Below, in pieces: positions 25,264 through 38,228 of a DNA stretch of 64,000 nt. This stretch comes from Balanoglossus misakiensis (taxonomy: Eukaryota > Animalia > Hemichordata): contig CM082597.2 of assembly GCA_040954595.2 (NCBI GenBank), positions 6,783,849-6,847,848 on the forward strand. The letters run 5' to 3'. The number at the start of each line of letters is the position of its first letter. The stretch's first letter is position 1. A model generated the notes under the pieces. That model worked only from the letters and a program-made list of their open reading frames with translations, made no database searches and had not been told where the DNA came from. A program made the translations under genes and the position numbers.

Positions 25264-27928
25264 ACCACAGGGATCTCTTCCTCCCTGTGTGTAGTGTGTG
25301 TGTGCATGTGTTTGTTTGTTGTTATTCAAAGACAGAAACAAACATGACTATAATTGTAAACAAAACAAAAATATTTTTTTTTATTTCACATACATGTAGT
25401 TTTATTGTATTACTCAATAACAACACACACACACACTACAAATAATGAGGAAGAGCTCCCTGAAAATATTTTCTAAGACCTGAGACAACATTTGTAGACA
25501 TCAAATTATAACAAATTAGTGAAGATACAGCTTTGATGTGGTGGTGAATTGTATTGTAGCATGTAAGGTCATTTGGGGTCATCACCATGCATGCAGAACT
25601 GGTACAATTACATCATCAAGTTTTTGCTAATGATTATGTAATACAACTTGTATCAGGACTTTGACTTTAGAAAATAAACCAATCAAAGCATATGATTCAA
25701 AAAATGAATTGTATATTATGCTACCATCCGCCGTTCTCATTGGAATAGAGCTCATTCCAGCGTAAATACATAACAAGTGAACAAACGATAGTGTCCGATT
25801 GAGGGCGCTCCGCAATGAGAACTTATCCAAGAGAATTAAGAGTGTCCATGTTTGTTTATGCATATAGCATAATAAAGGATAATAATATAGGGTTCAATAA
25901 TAAAGAGTTCAACTGAACATATTTCGTTGCAGCCGTCATGGTTGGAAGATGGTCCAAAATATCTTAAACACTGGTTTGAGGGGTGGGAAGAAACCTTTAC
26001 CTCAAATCAACCACTATACTCCCGAAGATCCACCACTCATAGTTATTCAAACTCAATCCCATATTCAGCAAAAGTCTGCAACAGCTCAGCTTATTCATAT
26101 AATTGATACGGGCACACAAATTTTATTTCACAAAATATACACTTTTATTGACAGGAAAAAGTCACATTCAATTACAGTCTTTCAAAATTTTCCAATCAAT
26201 AATTTCTATAACACTGATTCCATTTTTAATAGTTTGAAAACATAGGCTTTGCCATTCCTAACATTTGAACATTATGTTTTACATACAAAAATATCCTCAA
26301 ATTAAATTTGAGAATTCACAGAATATATAATTCCTAGTCTTACCCCATAACACATGTTTAAAACACAGTAACCATGGCATACATTGGCTCACAAATGTAG
26401 TACTCTCATTCTCGCCCCACCAGACTACGGATTTCTTTCGTTTCACTATCAAAATCACGTACTCTGGTTAAAATGGAGTACCGCGCTGGTATTTGAACAT
26501 ATTGGTAATGCATATTCATGAGATGACATCATTATAATCTGGCCAATAAAAGCCCGTCTCTCAAGGAGAGCTGGGACAAGAGCCATGTTGTTTAGAATGA
26601 GATGTAATGAGATGCGTGAATGGGATGTAAAAAGCAATCTGATTGGTTGTTGGATGTACTGTGAAAGCGCCTAGACCAAATACTGAATACATGGCCGTAT
26701 TATACCACGGCCTTTTTGCGGGGAGCAGAGCGCTGCCGTAAAAGGGCCGTGGTTTGCGACGATGAGTACCTTATTCTCTGTTCCAATCATGGAGTTGCCA
26801 CAGTCTGACAGATTGTAGAAAGTAAACATTCACAACATAGAACGTGACTGTGAGTGAAATGAAGTTATTGCAATGTGTTATTGTGCAAAATTTGAATTTG
26901 AATCCCGACTAGAATTCATTTGTCAACAATAACAATTGTCGTTACACACATATTAGTTATGGTTACAAGCTGAGTACTGGGCCGGGTATATTGGCATTTT
27001 TGGAATAGAGCAAGAATAAAATTTGCTACGCAGATAACAAACTACGTGGAAATAAAGCCAAAAGTTGCAGCTAACGTTCCTTTAAACAGTTAAAATGGCT
27101 ATTCAGGTCAAAATCACTGAATATGGTTGGCTCTTACACAGTTTTGAATCAAAGAAATGAAAAAGATTCACATCAATGATGCAAGGATGGAAGGTCACAA
27201 AAGTGGCTTATTTGCCACAACCTGTCTGCTCAAACAAAAAGTCTTTGTAGCATTTACCTTGCTGCATTCAGGGTTTGACATATCAATTCTGCATGTCGGA
27301 ACTTACAAAAAAAATCATACTCATATTTTTTCCAGTTGTGTGCATTTGTTTTTCTAGGCAGAAAATGGCAGTTAAATTTGTAAGATTAGTCTTTACAAAA
27401 TCAAAAATATGATAGTATGCTGGTATCACCTACAAAATTGTAATAATTTTAAAAATTCGAAAAGTGTACCTTCACCAAAATGAAACATTCATGTTGCATG
27501 TAGTGTGATGTGAATCAGACCACACCCTCATCTATAACTTGAAAAGACAATTTTTCACTGTGAAATTGTAGTTGATACACAAAAGAAAAATACATGTCCT
27601 GGAAATTTTATCAACAGTTACATGTACTAGCTTATTTTGATGAAAGAAGTTTGAAATGCATCAGTCCTACAATCTAAAATACAAAAGTAAAAAAGCGTTA
27701 AAATCGAACCTTAGTACTGTATTTCTCCTGGTAAGAATTTTTACAGAAGAGGTTATATCCTGTCATAAACCCTGGCAGATTTTCAGCCAATAGAACTTTT
27801 TCTTAAAAAGGCATGAATTGCACCCCCCCCCCCCTCAATTTGGGGGAGGGGGTTGCATAAATCGATATTAAAAGGGGCAAAAGCAATTAAATAAACAGGA
27901 ATGACACCCCCAGTGAAAACACAACAGT

Positions 27929-28163
27929 CAAAAGGGACAAAGTCTCTCTCTCGCTGCCTCTTTTCCATTAATTATATTTGATACAAGACACCGTTCATGT
28001 TATTCTACTTGTGGATATATAGTGAATCAATGTTCGACCACACACAACTTCCATCCCGCTTGTAGACATGAAAGTGAAAAAACTCACCAAAATTAATAAT
28101 CTGTCTTGTATCAAACATAATTAATGAAAAAAAGGCAGCAAGAGAGAGACTTTGTCCCTTTAA
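27929..28163. mobile_element. K1 foldback MITE, internally deleted
   Basis: Both termini present, one arm shortened. Confidence 0.85.
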
Positions 28164-28305
28164 CCAGATATGGTCATGGCCTTTCAACAAAGAGAACTTT
28201 GAAATGTTGGGTAGAGGGAAATTTCCATTTTAGACAATCTTTCGACTGTATTAGACAGGTTTCACTTGTTACTCTCTAACAATATTCAAACATGGTGACA
28301 GCAAC

Positions 28306-28661
28306 AATTCTGGCTGCCTTAAATAGGTTTTCACTTTGCACTAGGGGGTCAAATCACATTGCATTCTGGGCGAAAAGTCGACAACCCACTGTAGTAAGAG
28401 ATAGAAGAAATGATATGTTTACTGTATTTCATGACTTCCTTTGGTCAAACATGTGTCTTTGTAGTTACCATATTAAACTCATTAAAACTTTTTTTCACAT
28501 TTTGTTATTTTTTCTGTTAAAAAGTTTCAGAGTGACCTATCATCACTTGAGCTTTGAACTCACATTTCTTAAACATGGCAAAAATCGGCCATCTTGAAAT
28601 TGAGTCGGCCATATGAGACTTTCATCACTCACTTAGGTACCTATTTAAGGTAGGGAGAATT
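28306..28661. mobile_element. Second copy of the 12230-12604 repeat, directly after the NHL stop codon
   Basis: Close similarity to 12230-12604; AATT at both ends. Confidence 0.8.
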
Positions 28662-28669
28662 GCATGTGA

Positions 28670-31600
28670 TTATGTATAAAGAACCTTTAGACAATTGCCC
28701 CCACTATCAGAGCATACAACTCGACCAGTGTCATCCACTGCTATGAAATTGGATGTGGTCAATGAATGCTTTACACTGGACACAAGCTGGTGATTGGCAT
28801 CAAAAAAGAATAATTTGCCTTGTGAACACACATAAGTATTATTCCATTTATCTGCGGCCAATCCCATTGGTCGTTCTAAGAGCCCCTCCCCAAATGTAGA
28901 CAAAACCTGAAGGTTTGTGGCCAGTACATAGATACAGTTGCACCCTGACACTAGAAGTACATTATTTCTGGTCAAAATCACAGAATGCGGTTGTGCGATC
29001 AGGCCCTCTTGGGTGTATGCGACTAGTCGGCCATCATCCGCGCGATATTTATTGACGCGGTTTGCTATGTAGTCTGCCACATAGACGAAGCCATCTTTGG
29101 AGACGCACAGACCAGTGGGCGACATTAACTGCCGGACACCCAACAGAGCCTGCACGCAACTTCTCTGATCGCAGACAATCACCTGTCGGTTGGCCCGGTC
29201 GGCGATGTAATACGTATCGTTCACAACCGCGACGTCTTGCGGTTTGACCTTGCGCCGAAAGCCGTAGAATTTGATGATACTCTTACATCGGTTGTTGGCG
29301 TCCAGCGTCTGTACCCTCCCGTTCCCAGAATCAGCTACTGCGAAGTCTCCGTTGTCTTTGATGGTGATGCCACAGGGATCGTTGTAGCTGCCAGGGAGCG
29401 ACCCTTGCCTTCCAAATAACCGCACTGTATCCTTCGGGGACAAACCTGAAATGATTCAATTGACAATTAATGCTTAAAGGGACAGTCTCTCCTTGCTGCG
29501 CCCTTTCTCATTAATTATGTTTGATACAAGACCCTGTTTACGTTAATGTACACGTGTATATGTAGTGAATGAACATTCAACCACACACAGCTTCCATCCC
29601 GCTTGTAGGATATGAATGTAATAATGTCGCCAAAATGAATAATCGGTGTTTACCATTTATTCATTTTGGTGGGATTTCTACTCTCATATCCTGAAAACGG
29701 GATGGAAGTTTTGTGTTCTTGAATGTTGATTCACTATATATCCACATGTAGAATAACATACATGGTGTCTTGTATCAAATATAATTAATAGAAAAAGGGC
29801 AGCGAGAGAGAGACTTTGTTCCTTTAATATATCACTTATACAAATTGCAACATACAGCTGCAGCCTCAATCTGGCGTCTCTAAGATGTTCATGTGTACCT
29901 AGCAGTAAGCTTATTAAGATGGACCAATCTTAAGTTGGAAAGTAATAACACGAAAATAATGCAATAAGTGGCAGCCTCTTGGGGCTTCAATCCAATCCTA
30001 TCTTCTCCCGAAGGAGTCAGAAAACAGATTGATTTGAGGTCTTTCATTTTCTTAGAAGACACTCAGTTAATGGCTGCAGTATTAGATAGTCTACTTACCT
30101 CGATCTAGTCGACTGAACGAAGACAGCAATTCACCAATCTCTTTCGTTCTCTTTTTCTCTTGTAGCGCCATCTGCACGGCATCCAGCTCTTGCATCTTTT
30201 GTCTCACACCCTTCATCAGTTGACCGAGATCGCCCGCGTCTCTGTTCCGTCGCAACCTGGTCTCTAACTCGGAACACGCGCGCCTCATTTCATCGATCTG
30301 CCGTTGACAAGAGGTGCCAGTGCCGAGCCAATCTGCATGCAAGGCGTCTCTGACACCCGCGTTCTCATGCACGGATTGGGAGAGTCGGATCACATGACTT
30401 GTCATCTGCTTCAGCTGCTCTTCCACCAATCCAATCTCATCGTTCAGCTGATTGACACTTCGTGTGTCACTCCCCTCTGCGCATGCATTCTGGGATGCCA
30501 ACTTGGCTTCTGTTCAAAAAACAGATAAAAGAGAACCTTAATGAAATCAATTTACAGTCAAACTTGTCTATAGTGGCCAGTCAAGGGACTTTCCTAAAAG
30601 TTGCCTTTAAAACTTGCAACTTGATTTGACTTGTTCAGCCCATAAGTGCTTCCCCCTTATTACAACTTGGGATATTTAAGAGTTACAGGTGCTTTAAGAC
30701 CAAATCTTGAAAATAATAATAATAATAGTGAGTTCTTATATAGCGCACGTATCCATAATGTTTCGTGATCAAGGCGCTTTACAACAATTATTACCCCTGG
30801 TCACTGGACTTAAATTAAATCCATTCAACTCCCTGGGGAGCAAACAACAGCTCACATGTGCAGCCATAAGCACAGCAGAGCTAAACACACACACATTGCA
30901 ATCTCTGTCCTACCAGGTACCCATTTCTCCTGAGTGGGGAGAAGCAATGAGAAGTAAAGTGCCTTGCCAAAAGAACACAATAAGACAGCAATGCCGCAGC
31001 TCGAACACATGATCCTGCGATCATGAGTCCGCAGCTATGAAAATATGATGGATGACTTGTCTTACTTCAAAATATAATCATCATATGGCTTCAGAAAATA
31101 TTAACAATTTACCGTATTCCTGCAATTCCTCCTTCAAGACACTGTACTCCTCATGTTCTATGATACACTCCAGTAGAAGAAATCGGGCCTTTATCTTCTG
31201 CAGACGTTTTCTGGTGATGAGAGACTCGTTGATGATGTCATCCAGTCGTCCTGTCGTATAGGCTTCCCACAATGCCTCTGCTGCCGCCATTGATTTGCAG
31301 GTCAGGATATATCTGTTGTTGCCCTCAACACATTCTGCAAAGATGTCTTGGTGGATGTTTGTCATTTGTTGGAAGATCTTTGTGAAGTCGTCCGTGAGGT
31401 CGTCTAGAGACAAGAACTTGTCGGCAATTCTGCCGACTGACTGCTCCCCATCAGGCACACCACTGCAGACTCGCTGTATGATACTTATTTGCACTGGGAA
31501 AAAATCATCAATTGTAAGTATGCAAGTAAACAAGACAAGTAAAAGACAAACAAAGAACTTGTGCATATTGTATTCCAAAAACATTGAAGATGAATTCCAA

Positions 31601-34600
31601 TCTGTATAATGTGTTCTCTATATCATGAGATCAAAATATATCCAAGGTATTTTTTAATTAAATCCATCCTTTCAAAAATTTATCCAGCTTCTAGTCTCAG
31701 AATACAACTGTATTACGCATTCTTGAAAAATTGATCTACTCTGCCATGAAGATGCGTTTTGAGATTCAACCATGTAATATTGCTTGCTATTAATTTTGAT
31801 TGCATTTAATTTTCTTTACATTTTATTTCGAGTTGAGCGTTCTTCTGTACTTTGCTTTGTATAATAACATATATATGTGATTCCTTAAAGAGCCTATCTT
31901 ACCTCGAAACACACTTTTGAGGATAAATAATAATTGGGCTTGTGTGTTAAATGCTGGTGTCCTTTTACTTATTTCATGTGGATAAATAAATGTTAAATTT
32001 AAAAATGTTCAGGGCCTGAGAAAAAAGTTCTGTTTTGGCCACGCCCATTTCCGTGACGTCACAAGAGGAACCATTTACGTTTGCAACAGACTTAGCACTG
32101 TACATTGCAGTGGTTGAATTGCAACCATACATGCCTGTGATCTAAACGGCTTTGCTGTGTCAGCCTGGGTACAACTCTGTATCCCCCGTACCCTTCAAAA
32201 TAAACGTACATATGTCTACCTTATCATCTAGGGGAGATGCGATTATGAAAAAAAAAACTCGGCCCGGTTAGGCTACGGCTTCGCATTGCAAGCAGTACAC
32301 AACATGCAATGGCAGCGGATGTGTATAGGCACCTTAAGCTTACACATACAATGATTGCTGCCTCGATTAAACCGTCGAATATTGCCCAGAGGTTTAGGTC
32401 TAGAGTGTTGGGACTAAATCTACTTATCTTGGACAATGTCAACTTATTGATAACTGATCGTGGTCTTTTTGGCGATTTTCAATGACTGCCTTAACAGACA
32501 AAATACGCGTGTGTTATTGTACAAGGTCAAGGGAACTCCATCAGCGCCGATCGGCAGCGATGACACATATCGCGCCGCGATGTATATTTACTACCAGCAC
32601 TAAAATTCTGTCTTTTGAATTACATGTAAGCTATGCCTTTTTGGTGATGACAAACAGAAACATTTATGACTTGTCGCTGTAATCATGGAAGTACCTTGAC
32701 ATGCTTCATACTGCATTATAACAAAATGAAACCATACAACCAACAGCAACAGGCGATCATGCCAGGCCGACCCACTCACGCTCACAAAGCATGAAACATT
32801 TTCATTGATACACACGAATATCTAAGTTTGGAAACAGTTTTCACTCACACGAGGCAAAATTTATTCAACATATTTTGTTTCAAAATTTGTACAGTGTGTT
32901 TTGGAGCCGATGAGTCGGACCTAGCGCGACGTAAAACTTGTAAACAAAGAAATTAGAAAAGAAAGATGGCGACCATTCAGCCGAAGCCATGCAAAGGTAC
33001 GACTGAAAAAAAACGTGAAATAGTAACGGTAATATTTTGAACGTTCAAGTTTTTACATCGATTGCTGTCAACCTTAATTATCGTAGTTTGCGGTCACTGG
33101 GTACCGGTTAGCCAGACGGAAGCGTGAATAATAATAAACAATCTCAACATGATGTCGGCCAACGCAAAATTGTGTTTACGCATCCTGCCAGTTCACCTAC
33201 TACTACTTGTCTACAGTACTGTGTAAATCGCAGTCGCTGGAACATTGTATGAACACCAATACCGGGCATAAACGATCTGTTGGTCGACCTCTCCTGCTGA
33301 CAGGCTTCTATTTTCCTGTATGGGTGGGGATTGTCTTCTCGTGATTCGAACCTGGCCGATTATCGTTCAACGGTCATGCATTGACAGTTACTGCCGCGGC
33401 CGTCACCGGCGCCGCGCCGGCTTCATATCCACCATACGATGTTGATGATCGTGGCATAGACTTTCATTGGTTTGGGGGGAACTCACACGGGTGACTCCCG
33501 TCTAGGTAATGTGTTGCTGCAACCACGGCAAACAACTCCTTTCCCCATTGTGGTATTACACAGAAAAGCACGAAAACACCGTATGACACCTGTGAGCATC
33601 GCTAAAGCTGGGCTACCTGACCGGTTCCTCTTGTGACGTCACGTCACGTGACCAAAATGCAGCAAATCTGAACTCGGACTTTTCAGGACAGGGTGGATTT
33701 TGAAGCATTTTATGAGAACAAAACAAATATTATAGAAATCGATACCCGAAAAATATTGTCACTTTTGGAAAATAGTATATTTCTTTTGAACATTTTTTAA
33801 CCTTCTGATAAGATTTAAAAAGGCAAGATATGCTCTTTAAAGGCAAGAGTCCTACAGTATCAAAATAAACACACGTTTCAATCTAAAATTACCTATTGGG
33901 TCAGTTTCAGGCAAGTAATACTGGTTCATCCCCCCAAATTACTGCAGGTCATGACCTTTACAGCTTTGTTCACTGCTACTAAATGATTACCAACATGATA
34001 TACTTACAAGGAATTCGATTTTCCAACACTCTATCCATTCCTTCACAAAGACTTGACTGTCTCTCCAGCTCACCTACATTTCCTTATAAGAATAAAAAAA
34101 TCGCAGTTATTTTTTGTTTACTTGACAAGTAAACTGAGTGTAATGTGGAGGAATGTACAGGTCTTGAAATTGCATCTGGGTCTATCAGTTTGCAGAAAGT
34201 GCAGTCTGGAACCTGAACCAGATTATGTTTTTTTGTTAAATCCAAACGACCAGACCTCTGCGCATTTCCCAGAAAACCGATACAAGACACCATTTATGTC
34301 ATTCTACATGTGGACATATGGTGAATTAATGTTCGACCACACACAACTTCCATCCTGTTTGTAGGATTTGAGAGAAAAAATCTCGCCAAAATGAATAAAT
34401 GGTAGAGACCGATTATTCATTTTGGCGAGATTTTCACTCTTGTGTCTACAAGATGGAAGTTGTGTGTGGTCGAATTTGGATTCACTATATATCCACATGT
34501 AGAATAACATAAACAGTGTCTTGTATCAAACATAGTTAATGGAAAAAGGGCAGCGAGAGAGAGACTTTGTCCCTTTAAATGAAACCTTAAAACTGACATA

Positions 34601-36819
34601 CCTGTCAATGTATTTCCTGTTAGGCCTTCTTCTGCCTGCAGTTCAGTTGTATCTCCTTCAACATTCTCAGTTGTATCTGCCTGTTGTTCCACAACCATTT
34701 CTCTCTGCACAACTGGCATAGCTTCTCGTTGGTCGTCTGTCTCGGTCCATGTGATTGGTTTTCTTGGTAAGCCCAAACAATCTGATTGGACAAATGAAAA
34801 TCATGCAAATCTATCAGAATCACATCAACCTCAGCCAAAATTGTGCTTGATGGACAAATTCTCGTGACGGAATTTCCATGGGGCTACACTAAATTACCTG
34901 ACAACCTCATACAGTAACAAATTTATGCACATTTTTGTCTAGTAACTGCAAAGTGTCTCTGTATACAGCGTTATCTATTGAGGCAGTGTGCACTCCAACA
35001 AAATAATTTTTTAAATCCTTGAGTCAATTTGAGGATTTCTAAAAAATTCTGAGTCAGCCGTATACCTTTGCATGTGGTGTGGATTATTTTCGTGAGTCAC
35101 CAGTGAGTTTGTTGTGTCAGTGGCACATCAATCATATGGGCGTAGAGGGCACTGTATTGAGGACAATATCTCTACCAAGATCTATTTATAGACTTCTCAG
35201 GGCAGTAACTGTGGATCTTTTTAGATTAAATTAGCAATTGATTAACCCTAACGCAGCCAAGTCAGTTGAAACTGGTTTGATTTCCAGGGTGCCTAGAATC
35301 CTGGCTCCCAGGCCTGTTAGACTGCCAAGTTTGTGTTACTCAGTAGGGTCTATACAAGACCCTCAGACCAATACAGTGCAAACCATTACAATTTGGTACA
35401 TTTTACAGGGGGCTCAGACTGCCAAGTGTGTCTAAGTACGTATGAGAGCCATGTCAAGACAGTCAAAATACGTTTCAGAAGAAAAAGTGGCAAACACGTA
35501 TTTTAAGGGACTTGACACTCTAAAGAGGTATGACACCCAGTAGCATTAGGGTTAATATGGCACTGCTAAATGCTATGGGGCTTTATCCTATAACGACATA
35601 CAATACCTGCACTGTGATTAGCACATTTCAGGAAATCTTTGTTGATATCTTGCATAGCTTCCCTCACTGTGTTCTGCATCTCAATCTTGACAGCTGATGC
35701 CATCTCTGCATAGAGACTGTAATTCTGAATAACGTCTTGTAATTTCTCCTGTAAGTATACGGGAGATCTTTGCATATCGACCACCATCTTGGACTCAAAG
35801 GATGGCAGAAACTTGCGGATGAAGTCATGGCTGTCGGATCGAGACGGAACGACGACGGGTTTCCCGGCTGCCAGGGCGGACAGAGTCAGGGAGAGATTAT
35901 TCACCGAGGACGGCGGGACCAGTACCACGGCCGATTTCCGGAGTTCCGTTTCCATGGTTGCGGTGTGACATCGTTGGAACGACAGAATCAAGGAGTCGCG
36001 CGGCTGGATGTTCTCGGAGACGGTCGCTTCTTGAGACACCGGGACGCCGAGAATTCTCCATGTCAGGATCTGCTGCGAGGGTCGATCCATGTTGTCGGCA
36101 GTCCAGTTGAGAGCTTTTGGCAGGACGCTGCGAACGCTTGTGAGATTGTGGATATCATTAGCGTCTAGTAGAGACAGGATGGTGAATTCATGTTGATCTG
36201 ACAAGGTGGGCGTTGCAGGAAGACTGAAGAACTTCTCATCGGGAATCGGCAAGATTTGATAATGTTTGATGTGGTTTACAAACTGTTGGTAATACATGCC
36301 GTAATTGCGGAAGGTCTGAAATCCCACTGAGAAGACGCTATTTGCCTTCTTGCTTTCCATGGCAACAGCATCAGAACAATACTGGAATTCATCGTCTTGG
36401 TAACCCACGGCAACAGCTGGTGTCTGACGGGAATACAAGTTGATGTGATGATAATGAGCATGAGGGTAAAGGTCGCTCTGGATCTTGACCGCCGCGTCTG
36501 ATGTAACCATACCAAAACCGATCACCATGGCAACATTACCGAGTCGACTTAACTCTGGAAAGTACCACTTGTGTGCTAGCAGCCACTGGGTACCCATTGG
36601 TTGCCGACGGAGACGTTCTGGTGGATCTGGATAAATTAATGTGACTCCCATCTTCTTGGCTTCAATCTGCATTGCCTCAGTTACACAGAACGCTGTACAG
36701 CAAACCTCAATGCCGAGGGATTTCAACATTTTACTCAGAAAGTTGACAGCAGAAGGAACACCACCACTCAATCCATCTCCCCAATCTGGACTCACAATTA
36801 ATGCTGTTGGTCTGTCCAT
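28670..36819 (-). CDS. Mosaic protein: GT-B (GT4-like) glycosyltransferase fold + linker + TRADD-N-like + coiled coil + NHL-repeat propeller, 1011 aa, 6 coding exons
   Basis: Exons (minus) 36819-35607, 34781-34602, 34082-34008, 31493-31113, 30509-30099, 29445-28670. All GT-AG, all introns phase 1, one continuous frame. GT motifs: ALIVSPDWGDGLSGGVPSAVNFLS and VVLVPPSS....LSALAAGKPVVV. TRADD-N-like: ILTCKSMAAAEALWEAYTTGRL..LECIIEHEEY. NHL: FGRQGSLPGSYNDPCGITIKDNGDFAVADSGNGRVQ. Confidence 0.88.
29474..29827. mobile_element. K1 foldback MITE
   Basis: TTAA-flanked family copy. Confidence 0.9.
30712..31035 (-). mobile_element. tRNA-derived SINE
   Basis: On the minus strand: B-box-like GTTCGAG, then GCAAGGCACTTTAC..AAATGGGTACC core, CTCCCCAGGGAGTTG, and a LINE-like tail AAGCGCCTTGA...GCGCTATATAAGAAC(TAT)n. 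Confidence 0.75.
31889..33836. mobile_element. ~1.95-kb non-autonomous Kolobok-like DNA transposon
   Basis: TTAA TSD (31885-31888 / 33837-33840), TIR AGAGCCTATCTTACCT / AGGCAAGATATGCTCT, subterminal IR TGACGTCACAAGAGGAACC / GGTTCCTCTTGTGACGTCA. No intact ORF. Confidence 0.8.
34281..34578. mobile_element. K1 foldback MITE, left end truncated
   Basis: Right TIR and TTAA intact. Confidence 0.85.
35242..35554. mobile_element. piggyBac-like MITE copy 2
   Basis: TTAACCCTAA...TTAGGGTTAA; matches 17278-17590. Confidence 0.88.
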
Positions 36820-38228
36820 CTTGCCACTAAAAGCAATAAATAAAATAATTCTTTACTATCAATCACGTGATCTGGGCATGTGACCCACGGCATTGTCATT
36901 TTCAGGTGACGGGCAAGCAATATTTCAGCATCCAGGGAGTTTTTCCGAGTATTATTTGACTTTAGAACCGCCAAACATGTAACATGTCAGCCCTATACCT
37001 TTGCTTGTGTGGATAATTTTCTTGAGTCACCAGTGAGTTTGTTGAGTTATTGGCGCATCAGTCATAGAGGGCGCACTGCTGGGAACCATATAAATTTGAT
37101 TGATTGATTGATTGATTGATTGACTGACTGACTGACCGACTGATTGATTGATTGATTGATTGGTGATAAAATATAGCCATATTTGAAATTGATCAAATTG
37201 ATTATGCATACCAATACGACCATGCATGCACTCACTGACTTACGCAGGTTTCCCTATATTACCACAGTGCACCACAGAAAGATTAATAAACGTGAATTAA
37301 CAAATTGTTTCGGCGGTGATTCGATCAATTTCAAAGCATGCAATGATATAAAACATAAACAAGATGGCGACAGTTATGTAAACAAACATTTACACAGGTA
37401 TGTGTCAGCGTGCAACAACGGTTTCCCTGAAGTAGGTCACGTGGTCCGTTTTCCTCGATCAGGCCGGCCATACCATTGTATTTGTTATTTTTTAGTGCGA
37501 CGTATTTTGGATATCAAGCTGTAGCTCTGCGTACAGGTCTGTGTGTTCCCGGCGTTACACGGCCTTCACACAGACCTGTACGCAGAGCTAATCAAGCTGC
37601 AGCGATCAATGGGGATTCGATCAACAGGGAGGCTAGGGAGCGTTAAAGCCTACACTCCCCCCATCACTGTAAACAGATCAAACTACCGAGTGTATATCCA
37701 CTCCACGATACTAACCTTGAAAGTGATTCGCATCTGGTTCACTCTGTCAACAGTCCAACGTGCGCATCTGCCACTGACGCGGGACACGAGTCTGTCTGCC
37801 TGCCCCAAGCTCTGCTCAACATTGAAAGACTGGTTAATCTTCAACTCAGAGGAACACATCGATGACCTCAAATGACCTTTGTGTACAGCGCAGCCAGCGG
37901 CCGAGTCCAGTCTTATCTTAGTTTGCCCCATTCCCACTGGAGAACGGGAGGGGGATCAAACTTGTTCGAGCTGCCGCAGGGAGCTCTTCCTCCTTGTTCG
38001 TAGTGTGTGCTTGTGTGTTTGTTTGTAAATATGGCCACGTTTGTTTGTTGACTACGTTACTGGTTAGGGTATATTCAACGATTCGTCTAGAGTTAGCGTA
38101 AGGGTTTATTTGCTCCATAAATATCACTCCCGTCTATGTGTATAGGCCTAGGGAGTGATGCTGTGGAGGAAATTTAACCCACATGTTGTTTACATGGACA
38201 ACACCGTCACGTAATCTTAACAGTGTTG

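Noticed and set aside
28670-29443. Canonical TRIM2/3/71 gene
   Set aside because: No RING, B-box or filamin exon was found; the upstream exons encode other domains.
35566-36819. Bacterial contaminant or stand-alone glycosyltransferase gene
   Set aside because: It is flanked by a spliceosomal acceptor and donor and by host MITEs, and it splices in frame to downstream exons.
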